This document shows positions 13,744-26,450 of a stretch of 64,000 bases of DNA, piece after piece (the stretch's first letter is position 1; the number at the start of each line of letters is the position of its first letter). The position numbers and the translations under genes are program-made. Source of the stretch: Azolla caroliniana. Lineage: Eukaryota; Plantae; Polypodiophyta. The notes under the pieces were generated by a model. The model was given only the letters and a program-made list of their open reading frames with translations. It was not told where the DNA came from and did no database searches. Where the stretch lies: positions 3,224,001 through 3,288,000 of the forward strand of contig JBHGNT010000009.1 in assembly GCA_043228905.1 (NCBI GenBank), given 5' to 3'.

Positions 13744-15117
13744 CATATATATATATACTATAGACCATAGATAGATGGCCAGATCCTGCATTTAGCCATG
13801 GATTTGATTAATGAATCGTGTTTCTGTCTTAAAAGTTGCCAATTTCCCTGTACCTGCCTGCGTGCATAATTCCAGATCACCAGGTTCCCAGCGGATCACG
13901 GCGGATTCAGCGTGGGCGTCTCCATGAGCCACGCCGTAGCAGATGCCCAATCCTTCTACGACTTCATGAAATGCTGGGCCGACACATGTCGCTCTGTGGC
14001 CATGAGCGTGCCGCCATTACATGTCCGCCCCTCCCTCAGCGTCGACTCCCTGTCCAACTCCTTCGACGAAACCCTGAGCTACATGATGCGGCGGGTGAAG
14101 GACATCAGCCTAATGTCGAAGCGCTGCAGGCAGAGGCAGCAGCAGCAGCAGCAGCTGGTGGCGGAGGAGGAGGAGGTGGTGGTGGTGGCGGAGGAGAAGC
14201 GAGGGGGAGCGATGCAGGAGTACGGGGAGAAGTTTCTGTCGGTGATGGAGGGGCAGCGGGAGGAGGAGAAGCTGTTCTCCGCGTTGGAGGAGCAGCAGCA
14301 GAAGCGAGGGGAGAAAATGATGGAAGAGATGGTGAGCAGCAATACGCAGGGCCGATCGAGGGGCGGCAGCAGGCCCACGAACCAGCCGGCTGTTGCCGCC
14401 GCCACCGCCGCCAGGACACAGGCACCCATCATGGAGAAGCAGAAAGAGCAGGAGGAGAAGAGAGAGGCCAGGAAGGATTTGGTGCAGAGGGTTTTCTCCT
14501 TCAATGAGGAGAAGCTGAAGAAGATCAAAGAGCTGGCGGGGGCCGGCGGGGGCCCGAAGGAGGCTTACACCACATTCGAGTCCTTCTGCGCGCATTGGTG
14601 GCGGGCGCTCATCCGCGCACGCCGGCTTCCCGAAGAGCAGGCGGTCTGCCTCCTCATCCCAATCAACTGCCGACAGCGCTTCCTTAAATTGCCCAAGGGC
14701 TACTTTGGGAATGCGCTGGACGGGGCCCTCGTGAAGCTGTCCGCGGGCGCCTTGTGCCGTGCCCGGCTCCCCGAGATCGCCGCCCAAATCCACCGCGCCA
14801 TCACGGCCGTCACCGAGGGCTCGTTCCGGGACTACATCCTCGAGGCGGAGCGCCGGCGGAACGCCATCCCACACTTTGACCGCACTGGCCTCTTCCACGT
14901 GGTCGACTCCCCCAAGTACCCCGTGTACGCGACCGACTTCGGGTGGGGGCCCCCTAGTGCCGTCCGCGCCGAGGGCTTCCGCTTTGGGGCCGAGGTGCAG
15001 ATCTTGGCGGGTGCGTCGGGCGGGTACGACATGTTTTGTGCCCTCGATGCCGACTCAATGGCCGCTCTCATGGACGACTCATCTTTCGTATTGACGGACA
15101 TGGACAGCTATCATTAA
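12757..15117 (+). CDS. BAHD-family acyl-CoA acyltransferase, 2 exons (12757-13656, 13876-15117), ~713 aa
   Basis: accATGG start; LKDSLARTLVHFYPLAGR and CNDEGVEFVEA motifs; GT..AG phase-0 intron 13657-13875 after SVQ (conserved BAHD 'Q' intron position) joins to ITRF..GVSMS-HAVAD (HxxxD); GYFGNA; C-terminal DFGWG; GC-rich coding island. Exact start codon less certain (alternative in-frame ATG at 12916). Confidence 0.93.
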
Positions 15118-17149
15118 AACTAGACAACTATCATTAAAACTAGAGATGGAGAAATGGGTGATAGGAGGGTTTTGGTTTGGGGGTTTTGGGGGGGTAAGGG
15201 AGGGTTAAGGAAGTCATTGGGCAAGTGGCATGAGTTTATGTCTACTAATTCATGTTGTCTTTCAAGTTTCTTAAAAAAAATAAGTGAGGGGTGTATTTGT
15301 ATGTGTCTAGTGTGGGTCCTAAAGCTACTCCTCCTATGCAAGATTGATATGTAATTTGTACTTTTAAAGAGATGTGGTACATAGATGACACCTCTTGTTG
15401 GATGCATCTTTATTCTGAGCTCGCAAGAAATTATTATATAAGATGATGGTTCATATATGTACCTTTGAAGAAGATGTTTGAACACAATAGATAAAATAAA
15501 TAAATAAAGGGGTAGCATCTTATCCCATTTCAGATTGGGATGCTACTCTATTTGCTAGCACATGGTGCATATCTTCTTCGCAAAAGCCCCAGAGAGTCAG
15601 GTCTGTAGATTTCGTATTCGTGGCTTTTATCGGCCTTACCAAGCGTTGTTGTCAATTGATTTATTATGGTAGCTTTTACGATGACTATAACAAACAAATA
15701 AATAAACAAGCATCGTTTCCCCTGCGAAAGATGCACTCGAAGTTCCTGAAAAACCGAGCTCAGATTTATTTATTTGGTAATACCTTTCCTTTCAAGGGAT
15801 GATCAAAACTTGTTTGGATTTGATTGTTGCTCAGTGTTCTTGTTCTTTGCTCCGCAATTACGGTGAGTCAAGAAATTTTATAGTGATTGACTCTTAATTC
15901 CTCTTTGTTCAAAGTTTCCCTTGATTCAAGCATCAAATCATTCAATACATTGCATCATCTTTGATTAAGTTTCAAGTGTCCTGTCATAAGCGCCATTTAT
16001 TCACAACATTCACTACATGAAATTTGGAGTATATAGTAATGAATTCACAAGTGCAATATGTCATTAGCTCTAAATGATGAGAATCATGAAAACATGATGC
16101 TAACGTCATGCCAATAATTCCATTTCACTCTTTGTATGTAATGCTAGAGGAAATCTCCTTCGCTATGGATTGTTTTATTGTGCCCTTGTTCTAGAAAATA
16201 GTGACATTACATAAGAAGAGATCTTAGGGGTAAATATAGACGCTACATTCTATTTAATGTTCTCCATAAGTTTGGAAATTTTCCAAGGTATTTGATAGAT
16301 ACAAAATGAAAAAGGTTGCATGCTGTCTTGATATGCAAAGGTTAAATAGAGTGTTGATCTCGCATTAAATAAAGCATCCCATCTCATCCTTTATCACTAT
16401 AGAGAGCATGTACTCGATTGTAAGGATTGTATACACTAGTTAAACACTTAATCTTTAAACATCACATTGTGTGCCATACTTTTATATATACTATTGTTAT
16501 TAATTGAAGGGTGGCAAGAGAAAAAGGCTTCTAAACCTATGAAATTAAACATAAATTGGCACTACACAACAAAATTGGCAAACTATTGCACATGAGTTAA
16601 CATCCTCCTGAAGTTTCAATTAGCATTAGTATCAATGAAGAGTACTAGATAAAACACCTCATTGAATTCCATAAATCATATTGAAAACTGCATGCATTCT
16701 TGAAATACGGTCTACTCAAATATTGTCAAGTCTCGGGTTTGTTATTTTTATGGGTTGTGCTAACATTTCACTGGCCGATTGTGCATCTAAAACCCTCTAG
16801 AGATCATGAATGGTATGACACAATTGGCCATCACAAATAGAATAGATGTCTATTGGACAGGTAGCTTTAGACCATGCTCATAATATATGTGCAATTTTGT
16901 CAACAAAGTGTAAATAAATAAATAAATATATATATATATAACAAAAGATACACCCTGGTATTATAAAATCATAAGCAATACAAAAGTTGATGGCCGTTTC
17001 GGTGAGAAGAACCCCACCAAAACAAAGCTAATGCTAACCATAAATTCATCCATCCATTCATGAGGAGAAAGGGACCTAAAAACATTTTTTATTCATGGAT
17101 ATTTGCAGTCTCCATGCCGATGAAAGATGGCTGAAATAATACTTTGGAC

Positions 17150-17400
17150 ATCGGAATCGTTGTAAACCTGTAGTTATCACTCCATTCCACAATATAACAT
17201 TTCAGCTTGACAACTTTCCGAGCAGTTTTTGTGCTTTGAAAGGAGCACCACCTTTAACATACATGCTGATCAAAACCGTTGCTACATATGAGCTTTTTCC
17301 AGCAACCCTTTTTCTCACAATATATGCATGTATTCTAGAACCCTCACAAAGATCCTTCCACCAAGCACAAGCTTTGAGAAATGACACAACATTGAAATGT
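17150..17400 (-). pseudogene. PLS-class PPR protein gene fragment
   Basis: SFLKACA..DLCEGSRIHAYIV..YVATVLISMYVKGG...KAQKLL followed by a stop; typical L/S PPR motif text; isolated fragment. Confidence 0.75.
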
Positions 17401-20400
17401 TCTTTTGACATTCTCTTATTTTCTCTTAAATTTCCCCTATTTTAAGTTTTTGACCGATTCCCTTGTACTCTCATCATAGCCGATTTGTTGAGCATAGTCA
17501 ACACTAGCAGCAACTTTCCAACGCCATTCCTCATAGTCGATTTGATGTGTATATGCAAGAACAAGACATATTTGTACAACATATCTCCAAGATGTTTATC
17601 GTCTACTCCTCCCAAACTGCAATTGAGCATTCAATGTAACCTATAGCACCCAAAATCTGTAACAACAGAATGTCCATAAACAAAGTTAGTAGACATTGTT
17701 TCCCAAAATCACGGGAATAGTATACATCCAAATTATGTGATCTCCATCTTCCCTAAAAATGAGCATAGAGGTCCATATCCTTTTAAAATGCATTTGCTTC
17801 CTGAAAATGGCATCAACATTGCCTATGAAACTTTCATACTGACCACGTAATGTATGAACAAATAACAAAGTGTAAATATTTGCGTAGATTTAATGTAACT
17901 TTCATTGGCATTCTATTATCCAATCAAAATATCAAAATAATATTACGTCGATCTATCCTTCACACAGTTGTAGCAAAATTCTGTAATTTCGTGTTCACTA
18001 CCAATTGTGTGCACCAAGGGACATGACCAATTGTAAAAATTTATAAAAAACTAGGCTTTCTACTTTTTTGACTTCAATGTTCACATGCTTTATATTTACA
18101 TGTTGGAACGTGCATCTTAGTGTCTCCATGATTACAAGCCAAAGATGATAAATTCAACAAACTCATAAAAAAATTCAAATACTAAATGCATTGCCCCCGA
18201 CTCAAGATTGGAAGCTTAATTTATGTGTATATATATCAATACACGATAGCAAATGGATCTCTATTATACAACCTCTTGTAGAAAAAATTAAATTCATTAA
18301 CGTGCAAGATTCTTTCAAATGTTGAAATATTTAAGACCACAAAAAATAGTAATTCTAGATTATTATTTTCAGAAGTTACAACTTCTCTTTCACTTTCTCT
18401 TCATGATTGCAAACTACTTTGCCACACTACTTAAAGTTGTGATTATCATGGGCATTGGCAAGAAAGTAGGCAAATGGAAACCACACTAAGGGGAAGGATA
18501 ATGATTTCTTTTTTCTTGATGTATTGAATAATTTTCTAGCGATGTGGAACTACATGTCATTCACCTTTGCGATGTAGGGCTACGAGCATTATGAAAGTTG
18601 TGTTGATGTATCTAGCCACGTGTAAATATCATAGTTATTCAACGTAAGAAAATACTATATTTCAATACTTCATTTTACCACTCCATATGTGCCACTTTCA
18701 ATGCATGTGCTTTCCTAGGGTAAATCCTTCACCTTCATAACAAGAGTGCTCAACCATGCTTTAGCTCTCACCACCTTAACAAAAGTTGACCAATCTTTTT
18801 ATTACGACACTTGGTTTTATACGCCCTGTTGGTATTCTAAGAAACCTAGTGGTTCATGGAAAGTTCTATCAAGTAGGAATTTTATGCTTTGGCTTCTTGT
18901 GCCCCTCTAGCTTTTGATGGGCTCATCATTGTTGACTACATTCAAAGATGATGTATATGCAAAGTGTGTCCCATATTAATGATAGGTATTAGCATCTTCA
19001 ATTGTTTATGTTGAGAAATAATTCGATTATATTATGGGGTGTATGGTTAAGTTAAAGTTACATATTGCAAATTACAATGTTGATCATAGCAATAGTAAGG
19101 TTGGTTGCCTTTATAGAGGGGGAGGGGTTATTTTTTAGGAAACGAAAGGTTATGATTGGGATTTGGATACAAAATGTCAAAATGTTAAAATAAGATAGCT
19201 TAACATCATGTTATCTTCAGGGTAATTAGTTTATCCTTGGACATTCTTCTAATCAAGTAAGAGAAGGTTGCGCATTAAGTTCCCTCTTATAGGCTTTTGA
19301 TACAAATCCTCTTCTTCTACAAATGGACAAGTTTGTTCAAGTTGGCCTTTCTAGGGGTTAGAGATGTCCACTAGTGACCATTTCTCTATATATACCTACA
19401 GGCTACATCAATGATATTTTCTTTGTCTTGTAATGATCTCCACAATTTTGACATTTGTGTGAATGCTTTACAATTATACACCACTACACTGGGGTTCAAA
19501 GTGAACTTCATAACATCTAAGTTTTGCCCCACAAGGTGTATGATTGAAATTTGATACCAACAGAATTAATCAATCTAGATCAATTAATTAGGCTTTTCAA
19601 CTATCCCCTAGGATGGAACATTTGTGGGAAAGTTTAGGACATTTTGATTTAGCTAGTCCTAAGTCAACCAAAATAGAGATCTATGGGGCAAGACAAGATC
19701 CACTATTCTTGGCGACGTTAATTTAAGGGATGTCACTAAGCTCCTAAGCCTACAAGCAAACACAAAGAACAAACAAAGCAAGATCTAAACTTAATATCCT
19801 AACATAGACAAATGAGCTTGAGCTCACTTAATCACTTAACATTAATGTTGAGAATCAAGCTCAACCTAGTCTAGTGTGTGAACACACCTTTTGAGAATGT
19901 ATGAACATTCAAAGGTCAAAAGTCACCACTACTCTCTAAACATTAACTATATGTCATAGAATCATATTCTATAACACATAACTAATGAGTTTCCACATTC
20001 CCATGACCCATGAGTTCTATAGCTCTAGAGAGAGAGTGCGTATTAATGAAGAGAGCGGGTGATCCTATATAAAACACCCTCCTCCTACTTCATAGTGTCG
20101 GTTGTTGCTCCTTGTAATGCTACATTTTTGTATTTCATGTTTTCCTTGTTAATATATATCTTCTTCTTCTTCTTCTTCTTCTTCTTCTTGAGTACTTCAT
20201 TTTTCTCTCATCTATCTACGTTGTGTCTCTCTTCTCTTCTCTCCCTCCCTCCCTCTCTCTCTCTAACACACACACACACACAACACATCTCTTCCGCTAC
20301 ACAGAATCATATCCAATTCTTTACAATTAACTATTATGGAAAGTCATGAAAAAGTTATAATTGACAAAAACACTTATGGTGGAAGCTTAAGCTTTAGGCT

Positions 20401-21722
20401 TGATAATAGGTAAGAAGATGATCTATTTAGAGCTATACTGTAGAAAGATATTACGATTCGGAGAGATTGATGCTCTAACTCGAGTTCTATATGAGTGTCC
20501 TTTTATAGCTTTTATAATGCCCTTTAACCTTTTCACATTGTGTTGCACACAAAAAAGGAAATATTGAGAAAACTATAATTGAAGTACCGGTGGTTGTGAT
20601 GTATGTGTGAACAACATAACCAAAAATAGAAAAAATGAAATTAAAATTATAATGCGAAAGATCATGGGGTATTTCACTAGTCTAACCAAGCACATCGGCT
20701 ATAAAGAGAAGAAAGTAATGCTTAATGGAATATTAAGCGATTCATCTAATAAAGATGTAATTAATATTGATGATCTAAATGGAAAAATATAGCATATGTG
20801 CCTAGTTCATAATCTAAGATCTAGTGATGTTGAACAAGTTAATATCAATATGTTTTTCAAAGATGGTATATGTCAGTATAAAAAGTGTCTACATTACAAT
20901 GGATCGTTTACGTTCAAGAGATGAAGGAAATAGCCTATTAAGGTTAACCACAAGATGTAAGCCAATGACGCCCATTACAATATAGATCAAGGATATAATC
21001 ACAAGCCTTTAGACTAAATAATGCAAAACAATGTAATGCATCAAAATATGATTACAAATAAACGAGAGATCTTTTAGATTTGATACTATGTCCTTGAGGA
21101 TTTGAGGCTATCTTCCACCATTACAAGGGTGTCATGGATATATGTTTAGAATATGGTTCATCTAAATTTATATGGCAAAAGTCAAGAGTTGTTTTCATGG
21201 ATTATAATTATCCTTATCTTGCCAAATGCCATCGCTTATATTTGGTCCTTTCTTTGATGATATATACTTGTGGAGATATACTATTATATACTATTTGTAT
21301 AGTGCCTCTAGCCTTTTTAATTTTAATACCAATGGAGCATATTTTTTATGGAAAAAAAGTTGCGTGGTGAATTTTTAACCCTTGTTAAGCTGTGTGAAAA
21401 TTTGGAGATAGTTTATGAAGGCAATGTATGTAAACGAAAGGATTTTAGTATGAAAGTTTCTTGAACCAAGAGATTTGTCATCAATTATTGAATTGTCTCT
21501 AGAAAAAGTTCATTGAGCACAACTTCATTCACTTATGGCTAGCCAATTAAATTAGGTCTCACACATCTAATTTCCAAATGTTATAGTCACGTCAATTGTA
21601 GACTTTGTAGAGAATTATACTTTCACAGAGAAAAATGAAACTCAATCCATGCATTGGTGGTCAATATAGGTAACAACCTTTATTCATTTAACTTATCATC
21701 GAGTCTTAGGTGATATAAAGAA

Positions 21723-21960
21723 GGGAAAAGTACCAGGATACCCCTGGAAGTTCGTCTATTTACCAGAATGCCCCTGGAAGTTCCAAATTTACCACACTAC
21801 CCCTATGTCCAAAAAATTACACTTTATAAAAATTTACCACATTAACCCTGTATAATTACTTTATAAAGTGTAATTTTTTGGACATAGGGGTATTGTGGTA
21901 AACTTCCAGGGGCATTTTGGTAAATAGACGAACTTCTAGGGGTATCCTAGTACTTTATCC
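21723..21960. mobile_element. Mutator-type MITE, copy 2 (internally shortened)
   Basis: Same GGGAAAAGTACCAGGATACCCC termini as 9309; 9-bp TSD TATAAAGAA at 21714-21722 and 21961-21969. Confidence 0.92.
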
Positions 21961-22789
21961 TATAAAGAAAGCAATCCATTTCTTTATATTTAATGGTTAA
22001 GAAGTATTACACCATGTTTGTCCAACATTATTTTAAATTACATTTGAAATAACTTCTTTTTTTTTCCAAAACAAAATATCCTTCCATTAGTTTTCAAAAA
22101 AACCTGTCAAGTACAAACTACAAAAGAGATGAAAAAGAAGAGGAAAAAGGACTATCCCAATGACTAGCCATGGAGGTATGACTACCCAGGTTTTAATATC
22201 CTTCTATTCTCTTCAATCCTAGGTTGCTTTTATTTCAAGCTACCATTTCTATATCATCATCCAACTGTCAGGGCCGTAGCCAAAGACAAGTTTAACATGA
22301 AGAAAAGAATGAGAAATAGAAAATAAGAGAGGAATGAGAGAGAAATAAGATATTGAAAATGTATTAGCAATGAGAACAAGGGTTACAAGAGTACGCCGAA
22401 GACTGGCGTTGAACCGGAATGGTTCATCAATAGTTCACTATATGTTTATATAGCATGCTTTGGATACATGCATGCTCGCCACCTCATAGGCACGCATGCT
22501 CGCCATTTGTCATTCATGCAAGCATGCCACTTGGCATTCATGCAAGCATGACACTTGGTAATCATGCGTTAGCCTATGCGGTGGCAACGTTTCACACTAT
22601 TAGATATACTTCTTCATGATCTAATATAAGAATTTACAATTTAATAAATGTAATATGATGTATCCTAGTGGTTGAAGCCACACATTATCTTTGACGAGGT
22701 AATGGGTTTGAATCCTTATTACAAGTCTTGGAGTTTTGGTATATGTTCATGACACTATTAACATTTCATATTTGAAAAGTGTATTAACC

Positions 22790-23600
22790 TTGGTACTAAC
22801 GGCAAATCCCTGTGCTCAGGCTTCAATTATTGCTCCGCATTTACACTACCAATCTCCGTTGAGCCATGCTCACCATATCTTGTAATAGATGCATTTCATA
22901 AGAGAACATGTTTGTCTGCAAGAATATCAATTACATCTCGAACTGAAATATCATCGACAGTTTTTTGTGTTTTTTCAAGATTGCCACATATAGCATACAT
23001 GTGCAACAAAGCATTCCCAGGCTCAATATTGTCTTCTAACAACCTCTTACTCATAATTTCAATGTGATTTTCTATGCATGTCAATCACTCTTTCACAACC
23101 ACCTTGGCAAACTTGTCAAGGCCAAAATCACTGCATCCCACATCCTTGTATCTCGAAATCCAAGTTGAAAATATTTCTTGTGCCTCACCAAATAAACCAC
23201 AAAAAATCTCTGATGAGCCATGGTCCACCTATCTTGTAATAGATGCATTCCACAAGAGAACATCTCTGTTTGCAAGAATATGATACATCCAAGAGACCAC
23301 ATCTCAAACTGAATATCATTGACTGTTTTCCCCCCCCCCTTTTCAAGCTTGCCAAATATAACATATGTCCAACAAAGCATTTCCAAGGTCAATATTGTCT
23401 TCTAGCAGCCTGTTACTCATGATTCCATAGCGAGTTTCTATGCATGTTAACCACTCCTACAGTGCGCCCTACCTTTAGCAAACTTACAAAGGTGATTACA
23501 TCGAACAAAAGTAAAAACATCATTTTGCATTTGTTCAACAAGATTCAATGTTGCATGGTCAAATCTGTACTAGTAATATCCTGAAATTAGTGCATTCTTA
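22790..23600 (-). pseudogene. Degraded PLS-class PPR gene fragment (about two motif triplets)
   Basis: GNALLHMYAICGNLEKTQKTVDDISVRDVI, a second related copy at ~23250-23450, VITFVSLL-like text; multiple stops and frameshifts. Confidence 0.75.
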
Positions 23601-23689
23601 GAAGCCATAATCCGAGCCGGAAGTCCCTCTTTCCTCATAGGTAAAACACACAAGATGAGAGTCATCTAGTACATTTGAAATAACTTACA

Positions 23690-24860
23690 TGACATTGGGT
23701 TTGGCCCAACATATCGTGTCGTTGTTTAAGGTTAAATGTCCATTCTATTTTGTCAAGAGAGATGCTTGTGACATAGGATTGGTGATTACATGAAACATTT
23801 TTTGGTCTAGCAATGGAAAAGGTGAATATGACAGAGCACGTGTCGTTATAAAGCGAGCACTTACTCATGAACAACTAAAGGCCAATGATATTGAATTGTA
23901 TTGTTGCTCATGTAGTGGAGTATCTAAGAAAACATGTTGACTAATTGTGGTACCCAGATGGTTGTTCCCCGTTCCTTTTGTTGAAAGAGGTGCGTGAATG
24001 AGATGAGATACATAGAGAACAAACATGTGGGCTATTGAATGCAAATGATGTGTATGGATACTCTGTGGATAACTAAGAAATAGATATAACCAGGTATAGA
24101 TCGGTTAGAGACATATGCGAAAGTGTAAGATAAATATGAGATGTCGCCCAAATGTAAGTAGACGTATGGTGGCGAGCTTTTATACAATCAACACAAGGTA
24201 TATCGTTGTTGAGGATGATAGGATAATATAGGCAAGGACTACTCGATAAGGGGACTAAAGTTGTGCACAAAAAGACATATTTAACTAATGGAGTATATTC
24301 TTTTTTGGAAATAAAAAAACATGTTTTCTAATGCAACTATTGTTTACTCCTCATAGGTTTGAGATATCAAACGACTATTTTGGGACTAAAGCTAGATGAA
24401 GTAAATAGGGGGAAGACTTGGGGATGTTAGGGAGCCCTTGAACTATGATCTCTCCATTCTGTCATGGTTATTCTATGAATCATGTCATTGTCTTGCAGTT
24501 AGAGAAATAACATGTTTTTTGTTGCCATTGTGTACATAGAAATGGAAGCACTGTCCAAACAAAGCATATATTCATAATTGGGTGTCCAATGTCCATACAT
24601 TGGTGAACAATAAAGTAAGCAAACCAAAACTGAAAAAGAACAACCCATCATCCACATATCATGGTTCTAGGGATGTGGTATATGTTGGTAATAGTTTTGT
24701 TGTAAATGTTGAGGATGGAAATTCAAAACATGTAATTTTTTACTTATTGAAGTGCATTTTTTCTAAACAATGTGCATCTCAAAATATTGTAGATGCATCG
24801 GGAAATTTTGTATTGGGTAAGATATTCTACATCAAACACATTTTCTATGAAAGAGTGGAT
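23690..24860 (+). mobile_element. Degraded DNA-transposon transposase relic (Sola-like DDD family, tentative)
   Basis: Frameshifted translation gives HWVW.., FK..CPFYFV, *NIFWSSNGKGEYDRARVVIKRALTHEQLK (cf. WNFF.SGHGKGEHDGAG..IKRAL), LAVREITCF-CHC..KWKHCPNKAYIHNW and VGNSFVVNVEDGN..FYLLKC. Confidence 0.55.
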
Positions 24861-25649
24861 TCCGCCAGGGCGGGCGTCTAGAGAAGAAAGTGGCGAACAA
24901 GGGCCCGAGTAGGCCAAGCAGAGCAACAAGAGATTTTATAATCAATTAGGCGTAGATGCAATTCATTATCCGAACGACTATTCGAACTTTCTAGCGCCCT
25001 CTCTGATGCAAGTCGAGAAACTTAATGTCGAACCTGCTCAATTGCTCGTTGTTTCTCAAAACGAATTGTATAGTTTTTATTGTCTTCTAATCTCTTTGGA
25101 TCTTCATCAGTTGCATCGAATATGAATACGTTTTTAAGCTCTAAAACTCCCCAATAGTATCACAATATAGAAGTTGCATATAGTTATTAACAATCAATGT
25201 TAATGTGCACATGTGTATATACAACACTATGCCATGGAATATGTTGTCATTTGGATCAAATATTTTGTTCAATGGAACACCAATTGTATTTGGAGCACAT
25301 TTGTTTTATAATATTGACATTTGGTAAACCTTTGCTGATTAAATTTTAACCAATTTTGACATAGTCTAGCATTTTGTATATGCATAACATCATTAAATCA
25401 ATCATTAATTGAATAATATTCACGAGTATCCAATTCTATTGTATTGTAGTATTCTGCACAGAATCAGTTACTTGGTATTTTGCACAAGCAGCTAGTATCA
25501 CGGTATGTATAGTGACAGGGAGAACCTCACAACCGCCGAAGCAATTTCGTAGAGAATGGGATCCATTAGTATTCGAACGAGGAAAAAAAGCAACATTTGC
25601 AAAGCATCTCTATCACAACCTATGTCCGTGTACGAACAAACCATACAGA

Positions 25650-26450
25650 TTGAGCATTAGCTCCCTTGCACCTTTGGAGAATTGACCATGGAGTAACACA
25701 ATATTCATTGTGATTGTCTTGCCAGCCTTGCAAGACCCTTGAAGAAGAAGTGCTCATCCATGCCACTTTTACATTCATCCCCTTAGATAGCTAGCATGAG
25801 GCTCTCATCGACTATGATTGTATGGTGATGGTGAGTACACTAGATCCTAAACGAATTAGCTAACCCAAACCCCACTCGGGCTCCTCACATGAACTTATTG
25901 ACAATCACTCTCCCAAGCCCATCCCATAGAGTTGGTAAAGCTAAACTACAGCCCCATCGACACCCCTTATCACTCGTACTGGGTCCTCTATTGGTTGCTA
26001 TCAAATAAACTCACTCTTAAAGTTTGCCGGTAGATCAAGTCACCTACATTACCATTGACCAAGAAAAGCAGTCAAAGACACCCCCATTGAGGCCGAAATC
26101 AAGGTGTACATCATGCCACATCGAACCATTACACCCGCACCTCCAACGCTCCTATTCACTGTCCTTTTAGATTCTAAGCTTATGGTCCAAGAAACACTCC
26201 ACACCACCTTAGGTCTCGTAGAACTAATTCTTGCTTTAGGTGATGCATTTAATTATGACCATTAATGTGTGCGGACACTAAAGGCCCAACATACAACTCT
26301 CTTTACTCAACTGAAGGAAACCTCCAACGTAGTCCACTTCAAGATGTTACGATAATTAGCTATCGACAACACCACCTAGTCTTAACTCCTCAAACTTGAT
26401 AGACTTCATCTTCCCTTGCAATCCATTCACATTAGAATATCTCAAGGTAC
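25650..26450 (-). mobile_element. Highly degraded LINE AP-endonuclease relic
   Basis: Minus-strand pieces YSNVNGLQGK, GGAGVMV and ..GARVG occur in APE motif order; many stops. Confidence 0.35.

Noticed and set aside
12745-15101. Long antisense and alternative-frame ORFs over the BAHD gene (e.g. 14110..14898 -, 12995..13660 +, 13836..14507 +)
   Set aside because: Expected shadows of a GC-rich, triplet-repeat-rich coding region; no recognisable motifs
20059-21400. TATA + CT-rich leader followed by a decayed ORF-like region
   Set aside because: Looks like a dead gene or TE, but no motif could be assigned
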